From positions 1 to 59,607 of the forward strand of contig JBJMLG010000231.1 in the NCBI GenBank assembly GCA_045805385.1: DNA of 59,607 nt, read 5' to 3'. Below, piece by piece: positions 18,395 to 28,381 of this stretch. Below the pieces are notes generated by a model. It was not told where the DNA came from. It saw only the letters and a program-made list of their open reading frames with translations, and ran no database searches. Every line of letters begins with the position of its first letter. The stretch's first letter is position 1. Origin of the DNA: Thermoleophilaceae bacterium. Its GTDB lineage: Bacteria > Actinomycetota > Thermoleophilia > Solirubrobacterales > Thermoleophilaceae. The translations under genes were made by a program, and so were the position numbers.

Positions 18395-20310
18395 GATGGC
18401 GCGGCGTCGGCTCGCCGGCGCTCTTCGCGATAGCTCTCACGAGCGTCGGCTCCGCCGTCTACTTCGTGCTGGGCGTGGTGGCCGGCAACGCGCTCGGCTT
18501 GACGCCGGTCGTGTTCCTCGGCGCCGGCGTCTTCTTCGTGCTCACGATGATGACCTACGTGGAGGGGAACGCCCTCCACCCGGAGCGCGGCGGCGCGTCC
18601 ACGTTCGCGCGCTACGCGTTCAACGAGCTATGGAGCTTCATCGCCGGCTGGGCGATCATCCTCGACTACCTGATCGTGATGGCGATGGCGTCCTTCACGG
18701 TCTCGCACTATCTCGCGGCGTTCTGGGGGCAGCTCGACAGCTCGGGCATGGAGCTGGCCATCGCCGCGGTCGTGATCGCGTGGGTCGCCTGGTGGAACAT
18801 CCGCGGGCTCTCGCCGATGAGCTTGCGCTTCCTGTTGTGGCTCGGGATCGCGAACCTCGCCCTCTTGGCCGCGGTCGTGATCGTCGGGTTCGCCCACTCC
18901 ACCGACTTCGGCGCGATCACCGACAGCATCCACCTCGGTAGCGCTCCGAAATGGCAGGACCTGATCTTCGCCTCCGCGGTCGCCACCGTGGCGCTCACCG
19001 GCATCGAGGCGGCGTCGGGGCTCGCGAGCGAGATACGCGTGGGCCGCAGGGCACTGCGCCGCCTGGTCTTCATCGGCGGCATCTCGGCTCTGATCGTGCT
19101 CGTGATGGTCTCGATCGTCGCCCTCATCAACGTGCCGGTCGTGAACGGGGAGACGGCCCTCGGCACCCGTTACGTGGAGGAGCCGCTCCTGGGCCTGGCA
19201 AACGCCTACAGCCCGCACTGGCTGATGCACGCGCTGCGCTACTCGCTCGGCGCGATCGGCGCGCTCGTGCTCATGACCGCCGTGAACGGCCAGATGCTCG
19301 GATTCGCCCGCCTTGCGTACTCGCTCGCGACGAACAGGCAGATCCCGAGCGACCTCGGCAAGCTCACCGCCCGCTATTCGACGCCGTACGTGGCGATCGC
19401 CGTGGCCTCCGTGATGGCGTTCGCGCTGGTGTTCAGCCACGACCTGAAGTTCATGGCTGGGATCTTCGCGTTCGGCGCGATGCTCGCGTTTCTGATCGCC
19501 CACCTGTCGCTGATCGTGCTGCGCTTCCGCGAGCCCGACCTGCCACGCCCGTACAGAATCCCCTGGTCGGTGAAGGTCCGCGGGGCAGACCTGCCGGTGC
19601 CCGCGGTGCTGGGCGCGACCCTGGCCGGCGCCGGCTGGGTGAGCGTCGTGATTCTCCACTCGGGCGCCCGCTATGTGGGCTTCGGATGGCTGATCGGGGG
19701 CCTGCTCCTGTACGTGATCTACCGCAAGTCGGCGGGCAAGTCGCTCACGCGCCGCTTCACGATCCCCGCGACCGCCCTCCAGGAAGCGCCGGAAGTGGAG
19801 TACGGCAGCATCCTGGTGCCAGTGTTCGGGTCCGACCTCGACGACGACATCGTGGGCACGGCCGGCCGCCTGGCGTCGGAGGAGGGCGATCCCGGGGAGG
19901 GCGGGACGGTGATCGAGGCGCTGTACGTGATCGAGGTGCCGATGTCGCTCCCGCTCGACGCGCGCATGCCGGAGGAACGCGTGAAGGCGGCCCGCAAGGC
20001 GCTCGCGCGCGCCAAGGAGGTGGGGGAGGAGTACGAGGGCGTCGAGGTGGCCACCGCTGTCGTGCGGGCGCGTTCGGTCGGCGCCGGGATCGTGGACGAG
20101 GCGCGGCGGCGCGGCGTCGACGTGATCGTGCTCGCGGCCGAGTCGCCCTCCAAGGTGCGAGGCGGCGCGTTGCTCGGCGGGCGTGGCGGCCCCCGAGACA
20201 AGGTGGTTGGCGACGTTACCCGCTATGTGTTCGAGAAGGCACCCTGCCGGGTGATACTCACCGCCGCCCCGGAGGGCGAGGCGGGCACCAGAATTGGCGT
20301 CGCGCCGTAG
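18391..20310 (+). CDS. Second APC-superfamily permease fused to a C-terminal Usp domain (diverged paralogue of 16287..18170)
   Basis: Same architecture as 16287..18170: SPALFAIALTSVGSAVYFVLG, multiple TM segments, then SILVPVFGSDLDDD...VDVIVLAAES...VVGDVTRYVFEKAPCRVIL. Confidence 0.8.
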   Translation: MRWRGVGSPALFAIALTSVGSAVYFVLGVVAGNALGLTPVVFLGAGVFFVLTMMTYVEGNALHPERGGASTFARYAFNELWSFIAGWAIILDYLIVMAMASFTVSHYLAAFWGQLDSSGMELAIAAVVIAWVAWWNIRGLSPMSLRFLLWLGIANLALLAAVVIVGFAHSTDFGAITDSIHLGSAPKWQDLIFASAVATVALTGIEAASGLASEIRVGRRALRRLVFIGGISALIVLVMVSIVALINVPVVNGETALGTRYVEEPLLGLANAYSPHWLMHALRYSLGAIGALVLMTAVNGQMLGFARLAYSLATNRQIPSDLGKLTARYSTPYVAIAVASVMAFALVFSHDLKFMAGIFAFGAMLAFLIAHLSLIVLRFREPDLPRPYRIPWSVKVRGADLPVPAVLGATLAGAGWVSVVILHSGARYVGFGWLIGGLLLYVIYRKSAGKSLTRRFTIPATALQEAPEVEYGSILVPVFGSDLDDDIVGTAGRLASEEGDPGEGGTVIEALYVIEVPMSLPLDARMPEERVKAARKALARAKEVGEEYEGVEVATAVVRARSVGAGIVDEARRRGVDVIVLAAESPSKVRGGALLGGRGGPRDKVVGDVTRYVFEKAPCRVILTAAPEGEAGTRIGVAP

Positions 20311-20350
20311 TGTCGGCGTGGCCGCCGCTCTCGCTAGAGTGCGCCCTTAG

Positions 20351-20776
20351 ATGTTCCTTCTGATCGTCGGCTGCGGCCGGGTGGGGTCGGCAATCGCTCG
20401 GCAGATGCTCGCCGAGGGGCACGAGGTGTCCGTCATCGACGAGGACCCGGAAGCGCTAGCGCTGCTCGAGAGCGGCTACAGCGACACTTGGGAGGACCAG
20501 GGCGGGATGTTCACCGTCGGCACCGCCCTCGAGATCGATGCGCTCATCGAGGCGGGCATCGAGCGCGCCGACGCCTTTGTCGCCTCCACCGACGGCGACA
20601 ACACCAATCTGGTGATCGCGCAGATCGCCCAGCGCCGGTTCAACATTCCGCGCGTCGTGGTGCGCGTGCTCGACCCGGCGCGCGCGACGTGGTACGAGGA
20701 GCAGGGGCTTTCCACGGTGTGTCCCACGAAGAAGGCCATCGAGATGCTCGAACTAGCCGTCAGGGAGGACGCTTAG
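20351..20776 (+). CDS. TrkA-N (RCK N-lobe only) NAD-binding protein
   Basis: MFLLIVGCGRVGSAIARQMLAEGHEVSVIDED (GxGxxG Rossmann). Only 141 aa, with no TrkA-C domain. Confidence 0.8.
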   Translation: MFLLIVGCGRVGSAIARQMLAEGHEVSVIDEDPEALALLESGYSDTWEDQGGMFTVGTALEIDALIEAGIERADAFVASTDGDNTNLVIAQIAQRRFNIPRVVVRVLDPARATWYEEQGLSTVCPTKKAIEMLELAVREDA

Positions 20777-20778
20777 GG

Positions 20779-21450
20779 ATGTACATCGTCGTTGTAGGAG
20801 CCGGCAAGGTCGGCTGGAACCTCGCGCGCGAGCTCATCGGGAAGGGCAACGAGGTCACCCTGATCGAGTCGGATCGCTCCCGCTATCAGGTGGTCGAGGA
20901 AGAGCTGGAGCACGCTGTGCATTACGGCGACGGCTCCGAGTTGTGGGTGCTCGAGCGAGCGGGAATCGCTCGAGCGGACATGGTGATCGCCGTGACGGGC
21001 GACGACGAGGACAACATCCTCATCTGCCAGGTGGCTCGCGAGAAGTACGGCGTGGAGCGCGTGATCTCGCGCTGCAACAACCCGCGCAACCTCCAGCACT
21101 TCGAGCTGCTCGGCGTGAAGCCGGCCGTCTCGGCGACGGACCTGATCCTGCGTCTCATCGAGCACGAGGTACCGAAGTACGGCTTCCTGCATCTGCTCGA
21201 CCTGCCTCAGGAGCGGCTCGAGATCATCGAGATCGAGGTCGCGGAGGGCTCCCCGGCGGCCGGCTCGCAGGTGCAGGGGCTCGGCTTGCCCGACGGCTCG
21301 CTCGTGATCTCCATCCTGCGTGACGGCACCGGCTTCGTGCCGCTGGCCGACTCCGTGATCGAAGCCGGCGACGAGGTGCTGCTGGTGCTCGACACCGGCC
21401 TCGAGCAGAAGATCATGGAGCGGTTTCGGCCGCCGGTAGAGGTCTCCTAG
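20779..21450 (+). CDS. TrkA-family RCK protein (TrkA-N + TrkA-C)
   Basis: Internal ATG at 20779. MYIVVVGAGKVGWNLARELIGKGNEVTLIESD, then a TrkA-C-like segment EIEVAEGSPAAGSQVQGLGLPDGSLVISILRDG...EAGDEVLLV. Confidence 0.85.
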   Translation: MYIVVVGAGKVGWNLARELIGKGNEVTLIESDRSRYQVVEEELEHAVHYGDGSELWVLERAGIARADMVIAVTGDDEDNILICQVAREKYGVERVISRCNNPRNLQHFELLGVKPAVSATDLILRLIEHEVPKYGFLHLLDLPQERLEIIEIEVAEGSPAAGSQVQGLGLPDGSLVISILRDGTGFVPLADSVIEAGDEVLLVLDTGLEQKIMERFRPPVEVS

Positions 21451-21454
21451 CGAC

Positions 21455-22681
21455 TTGGCGGAGCGGGATGTCGACTACCTGCTGATCGGCGGGGGAATGG
21501 CCGCGGCGAACTGCGCCCGCTGGCTGCGCGAGGAGGGCGCCGACGGCTCGGTGATGCTCGTCGGGCGCGAGCCCGAGCCGCCCTACAACCGCCCTCCGCT
21601 CACGAAGGGGTACCTGCGCGGGAAGGAGAGCCGCGCCGACTCGCTGTTCCGGCCGGACGAGTGGTGGGGTGAGCAACAGATCGAACTCGTGACGCGTACG
21701 AGCGTGATGAAGCTCGACCCGGGCTCGCGCAGCGCGAAGCTTTCGAACGGGGACGAGCTCCGGTTCGGGAAGGCGCTCCTCGCGACCGGTGCCAACGTGC
21801 GCCGCGTGCGCGTGGATGGCTGCGACCTCGAAGGGATCCACTACGTGCGCACGTTCGGCAACAGCGACGCGATCCGGGCGGATGCGCAGAACGCGGAGCG
21901 GATCGTGATGATCGGCGGCAGCTACATCGGCAGCGAGGTGGCCGCGTCGCTCACCGATCTCGGTCACGACTGCGCGATGGTGATGATGGAGGGGGTCGTG
22001 CTCGACCGCTTCTACGGCGAGGAGGTCGGCGGCTACTTCCAGGGGGTGCTCGAGGAGCACGGTGTCGACGTGTACGGCTCCGAGGAGCTCGACCGCTTCG
22101 AGGGCTCCGACGGGCGCGTGCGCAAGGTCATCCTGAAGTCGGGGCGCGAACTCGAGTGCGACATGGTCGTGATCGGCATCGGGGTGGTGCCCGACGTGAT
22201 GCTCGCCAAGCAGGCGGGGCTCGAGCTCGGCGAGAACGGCGGCGTGAAGTGCTCCTCGCGCCTCGAGACCTCGGCGCCTGGGATCTACGCGGCTGGCGAC
22301 ATCTGCGAGTACGACAGCGTGATCCACGGCGCGCCGCTGCGGGTGGAGCACTGGGACGCGGCGTTCAACCAGGGCAAAACCGCAGCCTTCAACATGCTCG
22401 GCCGCGACGTGCCGCACGACGAGGTGCCGTACTTCTTCTCGGATCTGGCCGACTGGACCGGCATGGAGTACGTGGGGCCCGGGTCCGGCGACCTCGCGGT
22501 GCGTGGCTCGCTCGACCAAGGCGACTTCACGGCGTTCTGGCTCGGCGATCGCATCGTGAAGGCCGCGATGACCGTCGGCCGTTCGGACGACCTGGACCAC
22601 GCCCGGCGCTTTATCAAGGAGAAGACGCCGGTGGATACGGGCGCGCTTACGGACGAAAGCACGGATCTGGGGTCGCTCTGA
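21455..22681 (+). CDS. FAD-dependent pyridine nucleotide-disulfide oxidoreductase (ferredoxin-reductase-like)
   Basis: DYLLIGGGMAAANCA, second Rossmann IVMIGGSYIGSEVAA, and IYAAGDICEY. Confidence 0.8.
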   Translation: MAERDVDYLLIGGGMAAANCARWLREEGADGSVMLVGREPEPPYNRPPLTKGYLRGKESRADSLFRPDEWWGEQQIELVTRTSVMKLDPGSRSAKLSNGDELRFGKALLATGANVRRVRVDGCDLEGIHYVRTFGNSDAIRADAQNAERIVMIGGSYIGSEVAASLTDLGHDCAMVMMEGVVLDRFYGEEVGGYFQGVLEEHGVDVYGSEELDRFEGSDGRVRKVILKSGRELECDMVVIGIGVVPDVMLAKQAGLELGENGGVKCSSRLETSAPGIYAAGDICEYDSVIHGAPLRVEHWDAAFNQGKTAAFNMLGRDVPHDEVPYFFSDLADWTGMEYVGPGSGDLAVRGSLDQGDFTAFWLGDRIVKAAMTVGRSDDLDHARRFIKEKTPVDTGALTDESTDLGSL

Positions 22682-22763
22682 CGCGAGTGGCCTGAAGGCC
22701 CAGGCGGGTGTAGCCTCGAACGAGCGGAGTACTCGGGCAGGGGTCCGCTCCGACTCGCACCGG

Positions 22764-24344
22764 ATGACGCAGCAGACGATCCAGCCGACTCCGGCCTCAC
22801 GGCTGGGCTTGCGCGCGCCTCCCCGGCGTACCGCGCTGTACCTGGCCGTGCTCGGGGCGCTGGCGTTCATCGGCTACCACCTGCTCACGCACGCGGACAC
22901 GCTCACCGAGCGCGACTCCACGAACCTCGCGCGGGCACTGGTGAACTACGACGTGCGCCTGCACCAGCCGCACCCGCCCGGCTACCCGCTGCTGGTGGGC
23001 TTCGCGCACGCACTCGGCTTTCTCGGCGAGCCGCTGAACGCGTATCTCGGCGTGGCGTTCATCTTGAGTGTCGTGGCGCTCGTGGCCACGTACTTCCTCG
23101 GGCGCGAGATGTTCGGGCCGCGCGCCGGCATCGTGGCGGCGCTGCTGCTGCTCGCCGTGCCGATGTTCTCCTACTACGCCGACATGGCGTCCACGTACCC
23201 GGGCGAGTACGCGATGGCGCCGATCGTCGCCCTGCTCGCCTACCGCGTGGCGAGGCGGCGTGGCGACCGCAGTGCGTTCCTGCTGTTCCCGGTGCTTGCG
23301 ATTGCGGGCGGCTTCCGCCCGACCGTGATGGGGCTGCTGCTGCCGATGTGCCTGCTCGCGCTCGTCATCGGGCGGCCGCGGCTGAAGCCGCTTCTGGCCG
23401 GCGCCGGCGTTGGCGCGCTGGTCGTACTCGCGTGGGCGATTCCGATGCTCGCCGAAAGTGGGGGGCTCTCGGCCTACCGCAAGACGAGCGCCGACCTGTA
23501 CGACGGCGCACGGGCGCGGACCTCGATCTTCTACGGCGCACGCCGCTTCCAGGCGGGCTACAACGCGTGGCACGCGGTGGTCGCGACGTTCTCGGTGATG
23601 CTGCCGGCCCTGCTCGTGGCACCGCTCGCGCTGCCGGGTGTGCGCCGGCTTGTCGCCGGACCCGGCCGCTTCCGCCGCTGGGCGCGGAGTGACGGCGCGG
23701 TCGCGTGGTGGCTGCTGCTGGCGTGGTTTCTGCCGTACTTCCTGCTCTACGTGTTCGTGCACTTCGGCAAGCCCGGGTACGCCATGGCTTACGCTCCCGC
23801 GGCGGCGGTCGCGGGTGCCGGGCTGGTCCGCAAAATCCCGCGCGCGGCCTGGGCCGCGGGCGCAGTTGCGGCCGCAAGCCTGCTGTTCTACGCGTTCGCG
23901 CCCGCGCCCGAGCTACCGAAGCGGGTCGGTGTCTTCTTCCCGACCGCGGACTCGCTGCACGTGTACGACCGCGAGGCGCGCGGTCTCGAGCGGGTCGGGG
24001 CGACGTGCCCGCGCGCCGGTTGCACGCTCGTGAGCTTGAACGCGAGCGACCGGTTCTGGTTCCGCTACCCGTCGGAGCTGCGGGACGCGTACGCGAAGAA
24101 CGACCGCTGGCTGCGCAGCGAGGCGATCGTGTCCAACCACCTTCCGCTGAGCGGCAGCGTGGTCTGGGCGGGCGAGCAGGTGCCGGCGTCGGTGGCAGCG
24201 CACTCGCGACTGGTGGGGCACTCGGGCGAGTGGTGGTTCTGCCGCTCCGATCCGGCGCAGACCCGCGCAATCGTGGCCGAGGGCAAGCTGACGACCGACC
24301 CGGCCGACGGCATCACGTCCGCGGCGGCCGCATGCAAGCCGTGA
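22764..24344 (+). CDS. Polytopic membrane glycosyltransferase, GT39/ArnT/PMT_2-like
   Basis: Early-loop motif LHQPHPPGYPLLVGFAH, about 10 or more TM segments, and a soluble C-terminal domain of about 130 aa. Confidence 0.6.
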   Translation: MTQQTIQPTPASRLGLRAPPRRTALYLAVLGALAFIGYHLLTHADTLTERDSTNLARALVNYDVRLHQPHPPGYPLLVGFAHALGFLGEPLNAYLGVAFILSVVALVATYFLGREMFGPRAGIVAALLLLAVPMFSYYADMASTYPGEYAMAPIVALLAYRVARRRGDRSAFLLFPVLAIAGGFRPTVMGLLLPMCLLALVIGRPRLKPLLAGAGVGALVVLAWAIPMLAESGGLSAYRKTSADLYDGARARTSIFYGARRFQAGYNAWHAVVATFSVMLPALLVAPLALPGVRRLVAGPGRFRRWARSDGAVAWWLLLAWFLPYFLLYVFVHFGKPGYAMAYAPAAAVAGAGLVRKIPRAAWAAGAVAAASLLFYAFAPAPELPKRVGVFFPTADSLHVYDREARGLERVGATCPRAGCTLVSLNASDRFWFRYPSELRDAYAKNDRWLRSEAIVSNHLPLSGSVVWAGEQVPASVAAHSRLVGHSGEWWFCRSDPAQTRAIVAEGKLTTDPADGITSAAAACKP

Positions 24345-24346
24345 CA

Positions 24347-24559
24347 TCACCCGCTCGTCACGCGCAGCTCCTCGCCGCCGGCCTGAACGACGTCGCCGGG
24401 ATGGAGCTGGCGACCTCGCCGGCTCTCGGGCTCGCCGTTAACGAGCACAGGCTCCTCAGCGAGGAAGCCCTTCACCTCGCCGCCGCCCTCGACGACGCCC
24501 GCGAGCTTCAGCAGCTGGCCAAGGCGGATCGTGTCCCCGCGTATGGGAATGTCGGCCAT
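24347..24559 (-). CDS. Small S4-domain RNA-binding protein (YbcJ/YaaA-like)
   Basis: IRLGQLLKLAGVVEGGGEVKGFLAEEPVLVNGEPESRRGRQLHPGDVV. Confidence 0.75.
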   Translation of the reverse strand: MADIPIRGDTIRLGQLLKLAGVVEGGGEVKGFLAEEPVLVNGEPESRRGRQLHPGDVVQAGGEELRVTSG

Positions 24560-24707
24560 GCGGTCAGCCTACGGACGCCTCCCACTCGTCTAGGGCGCGG
24601 CGCTCGCATCGCGCCTCATTGAGCCCCTCCTCGACCAGGCGGACGGCACGGCGCGGGCTCGGTCGGCGCCATCTGCACCACCGCTACAATCACATGCCGC
24701 TAGGCAT

Positions 24708-24778
24708 TGCGGGATCGTCTAATGGTAGGACGCCGCACTCTGGATGCGGAAGTTGGGGTTCGAGTCCCTGTCCCGCAG
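24708..24778 (+). tRNA. tRNA-Gln (anticodon CTG), no encoded CCA
   Basis: Manual cloverleaf: acceptor TGCGGGA/TCCCGCA (U1-A72, discriminator G73 as in tRNA-Gln), D arm GTCT-AATGGTA-GGAC, anticodon arm CCGCA-CTCTGGA-TGCGG, T arm TGGGG-TTCGAGT-CCCTG. TACAAT lies at 24685-24690 upstream. Confidence 0.88.
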
Positions 24779-24791
24779 TTGCAGGACTTTT

Positions 24792-24815
24792 GAGGCGCCC
24801 ACGGGCGCCTCTTCT
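24792..24815. terminator. Hairpin between tRNA-Gln and the convergent ABC exporter gene
   Basis: GAGGCGCC CACG GGCGCCTC followed by TTCT and preceded by CTTTT. Confidence 0.6.
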
Positions 24816-24818
24816 GGG

Positions 24819-26615
24819 TCAGGCCGCCGCCTGCTCCGCCCAGTCCTGATACAGGCGCGCATAGGCGCCGCCGAGCTCGATCAGCTCCTCGTGCGTGCCC
24901 TGCTCGACGATCCGGCCGTGCTCCATCACGAGGATGCGGCCGGCGCCCCGGATCGTGGACAGCCGGTGCGCGATCACGAAGGACGTCCGGCCCGCTAGCA
25001 GCCGTCGCAGCCCGCGCTCGATCCGCCCCTCGGTGTGCACGTCCACGTTCGAAGTCGCCTCGTCGAGGATCAGGATCCGTGGATCCACAGCCGCCGCGCG
25101 CGCGAACGCCACCAGCTGCCGCTGGCCCGCCGAGAGATGCCCGCCGCGCTCGCCGACCTCGGTGTCGTACCCCTGCGGCAGCCGCTCGATGAACTCGTCG
25201 GCACCGACAGCGCGCGCAGCCGCCCGCACGTCCTCATCCGAGGCGTCCCGCAGCCCGAACGCGATGTTGTCGCGGATCGTCCCCGAGAACAGGAAGCCCT
25301 CCTGCGGCACCACGCCGAGCTGCGAGCGAAGCGACCGCTCGGTCACATCCCGCAGGTCGTACCCGTCCACGAGGATCCGCCCCGAAGTCGGGTCATAGAA
25401 GCGCGCGACGAGCTTCGCGAACGTCGACTTGCCCGCACCCGTCTCGCCGACGAGCGCCACGGTCTGCCCCGGCGGCACGGCCAGATCGATGTTCCGCAGC
25501 GCGTACTCGCCACCCTCGCCGCCATACGAGAACGACACGTCCTCGAAGCGCACCCCGCCGCGCACCGGCGGCAACTCCACGGCATCCGCGCGATCCGTTA
25601 GATCCGGCTCCTCGTCCAGCAGCTCGAAGATCTTGTCGAGCGCCGCCATGCCGGCCTGGTAGGTCGTGTACAGCTGCGACAGCTGCTGGATCGGGTCGAA
25701 GAAGCTGTTCAGGTAGAAGACGAACGACGCGAGCACGCCGATCGTCACGTCGCCGCCGTGCAGCACCTGGTTGCCGCCGTAGAGCAGGATCACCGCAGTC
25801 GCGACCGCGGACAGGAACTCCACCGCGGGGAAGTACGCCGCGTTGAGGTTGACCGTCCTCATGTTCGCCGCCCGGTTCTCCTCGTTCAGCTCGGCGAACT
25901 GCGACAGGTGCCGCTCCTCCTGCCCGAACGCGCGCACCACGCGAATCCCGGACAGCGTCTCCTGCAGGTACGCCGTCACGTACGCGATCTTCTCCCGCGT
26001 CAGCCGGTACGCCTCCGCCGACACCAGCCTGAACACGATGCTGCCGACCCCGAGGATCGGGAACGTGAGGAACGTGATCAGCGCGAGCTTCCAGTCGAGC
26101 ACGAACAGGATCACCGCCGTCCCTATCAGCGTCAGCGATGACGAGAACAGCGTCACGACCCCGTCGGTCACGAGCTGATCCAGTGCCTCGACGTCGTTCG
26201 AGATCCGCGAGATCACGACTCCAGCCTTGTTCCGCGAGTAGAACCCGATCGACAGCCGCTGCAGGTGCGTGAACAGCCGCAGCCGCAGGTCCTGGAGCGC
26301 CCGCCCGCCGACCCAGTTCACCAGGTACGTCTGCACGTAGCTCGCCGTCCAGGTCACGATCGCGCTGACCAGGAACGCCACCACGATCCAGTCGAGCGCG
26401 GACACGTCGTGCGTGCGAATCCCCGCGTCGATCGCCTTGCCCGCCAGGTACGGCGGCGCGAGCGATGCCGCCGTCGCCGCGAGCAGCGCCACGAACATCA
26501 GCACGACCCGCGCGCGGTACGGGCGCAGCAGCTCGAGCAGACCGCGTAGCTTGCGCGACCGCTGCAGCTCCGTCCGGCGGAAGAGCGCCCACCAGCGCGT
26601 CGCCCACGCGCGCAT
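24819..26615 (-). CDS. ABC exporter, fused permease/ATPase (type I exporter half-transporter)
   Basis: 6-TM N-terminal half. Walker A GETGAGKST, signature LSAGQRQ, Walker B ILILDEATS. Confidence 0.9.
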   Translation of the reverse strand: MRAWATRWWALFRRTELQRSRKLRGLLELLRPYRARVVLMFVALLAATAASLAPPYLAGKAIDAGIRTHDVSALDWIVVAFLVSAIVTWTASYVQTYLVNWVGGRALQDLRLRLFTHLQRLSIGFYSRNKAGVVISRISNDVEALDQLVTDGVVTLFSSSLTLIGTAVILFVLDWKLALITFLTFPILGVGSIVFRLVSAEAYRLTREKIAYVTAYLQETLSGIRVVRAFGQEERHLSQFAELNEENRAANMRTVNLNAAYFPAVEFLSAVATAVILLYGGNQVLHGGDVTIGVLASFVFYLNSFFDPIQQLSQLYTTYQAGMAALDKIFELLDEEPDLTDRADAVELPPVRGGVRFEDVSFSYGGEGGEYALRNIDLAVPPGQTVALVGETGAGKSTFAKLVARFYDPTSGRILVDGYDLRDVTERSLRSQLGVVPQEGFLFSGTIRDNIAFGLRDASDEDVRAAARAVGADEFIERLPQGYDTEVGERGGHLSAGQRQLVAFARAAAVDPRILILDEATSNVDVHTEGRIERGLRRLLAGRTSFVIAHRLSTIRGAGRILVMEHGRIVEQGTHEELIELGGAYARLYQDWAEQAAA

Positions 26616-28381
26616 CAGAGCGTCGCCTCCCGCTCGACCGGATCGCGGTTCAGGAACACCTGGTCGGGAAGCCCCTTCTCCGCGATCTCGCGGTAGAGCT
26701 CCGACTCGTCGAGCAGCTCCTCGTGCGTCCCGCGCGCGATCACGCGGCCCTCCTCGAGCACCACGATCTCATCCGCCAGTGCGATCGTCGACAGCCGGTG
26801 GGCGATGATGAAGGTGGTCCGATCGCGCATCAGCTCCCCGAGCGCCCGCGCGATCCGGCTCTCGGTCGTCGCATCCACGCTCGAGGTCGCGTCGTCGAGG
26901 ATCAGCAGCCGCGGGTTCCGCAGCAGCGCCCTCGCGATCGCCACTCGCTGCCGCTGGCCACCGGACAGCGTGTAGCCGCGCTCGCCGATCAAAGTCTCGT
27001 AGCCCTCCGGCAGGTCGCCGATGAATTCCGCCGCGCCCGCCCGCTCGGCCGCCTCCCGCACCTCCTCGAAGCTCGCATCCGGCCTCGCGTACGCGATGTT
27101 CTCGCGCACGCTCGCCGAGAACAGGAAGGGGTCATCCGAAACGAACGCCACCTGCTGGCGCAGCTCGACCAGGTCGACGTCGCGCACGTCCGCGCCGTCC
27201 ACGAGCAGCTCCCCGGCCGTCACGTCATACAGCCGGGGCAGCAGCATCACGAGCGTGCTCTTCCCCGACCCGGTCGCGCCCACGAGCGCCACCGTGCTCC
27301 CCGCCTCGACCGCCAGGTCGATCTCGTCGAGCACCGGCTCGGCATCCTGACTGCCGTAGCCGAAGCTCACGTTGCGGAACTCCACGCGCCCGCCGCCCTC
27401 CGGCAGAGGCTGGGCATCAGGCCTCGACTCGAGCTGCGGCTCGCGGTCGAGCACCTCGAACACGCGCGCGCCGGACGCCACCGCCCTCTGCGACATGCCG
27501 AGTGCCACACCGAGCATCCGCATCGGCCCCGTGAGCAACGCGACGTACCCGTAGAACGCCACGAACTCGCCGACGCTGATGGTGCCCTGGATCGCCTGCC
27601 TGCCGCCGAAGAACAGCAGCGCCGCCAGGCCGAGGTTCGGCAGGAAGCCGATGAACGGGTTGTAGAACGCGCGCAGCCGCGTCGACACCATCGACTGGTC
27701 GAAAACGCGCCCGACCTGCCGGCTGAAGCGCGTGAACTGCCGCTCCTCCTGCGCGAACGCCTTGACGACGCGGACCCCGGAGATGTTCTCCTCAGTCTCC
27801 GCAGTCAGCTCCGCGATCCGCTGCTGCACCTCCTGTGAGGCCGGACGGTTCTTGCGCCCGTACATCGTCGCCACCCAGATCACGAACGGCGTGGGGGCGA
27901 GCGTGACGGCCGCCAGTCCCGGGTTCACGGCGAACATCACAACCGCGGCCACGAGGATCGAGATCAGCGACTGCGCGATGAAGACGAGCCCGTAGCCGAG
28001 GAAGAACCGCACCGACTGCAGGTCCACGGTCGCTCGCGACATCAGCTGCCCCGTCTGCTGCGAGTCGAAGAACCCGAGCTCGAGCGACTGCAGGTGCCGG
28101 TACATCAGGTTGCGCAGGTCGAACTCCACGCCGAGCGACACGCGGCCCGCCACGAGACGCCGCAGCACCGACAGCACCAGTCGGCCGACGCCCGCGGCGA
28201 GGATCCCGACGACGTAGGGCCATAGGTTCGAGTTGCCGTTCCGGACCTCGTCGACCGTCTTCCCGACCAGCGCGGGAACCAGCACGCCGAGCACCATCGC
28301 GCCCGCCGCAAGGAGCAGCGAAGCGATCACCCCGCGGCGGTATGGCCGCAGGAATCCCAGGAGCCGTCTGAAGGTACCCAC
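26615..28381 (-). CDS. ABC exporter, fused permease/ATPase (probable heterodimer partner of 24819..26615)
   Basis: Walker A GATGSGKST, signature LSGGQRQR, Walker B LLILDDATS. The stop overlaps the downstream start by 1 nt. Confidence 0.9.
   Translation of the reverse strand: MGTFRRLLGFLRPYRRGVIASLLLAAGAMVLGVLVPALVGKTVDEVRNGNSNLWPYVVGILAAGVGRLVLSVLRRLVAGRVSLGVEFDLRNLMYRHLQSLELGFFDSQQTGQLMSRATVDLQSVRFFLGYGLVFIAQSLISILVAAVVMFAVNPGLAAVTLAPTPFVIWVATMYGRKNRPASQEVQQRIAELTAETEENISGVRVVKAFAQEERQFTRFSRQVGRVFDQSMVSTRLRAFYNPFIGFLPNLGLAALLFFGGRQAIQGTISVGEFVAFYGYVALLTGPMRMLGVALGMSQRAVASGARVFEVLDREPQLESRPDAQPLPEGGGRVEFRNVSFGYGSQDAEPVLDEIDLAVEAGSTVALVGATGSGKSTLVMLLPRLYDVTAGELLVDGADVRDVDLVELRQQVAFVSDDPFLFSASVRENIAYARPDASFEEVREAAERAGAAEFIGDLPEGYETLIGERGYTLSGGQRQRVAIARALLRNPRLLILDDATSSVDATTESRIARALGELMRDRTTFIIAHRLSTIALADEIVVLEEGRVIARGTHEELLDESELYREIAEKGLPDQVFLNRDPVEREATL

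Noticed and set aside
24619-24849. 76-aa plus-strand ORF
   Set aside because: It runs straight through the tRNA-Gln gene and its terminator hairpin, so it is not coding.
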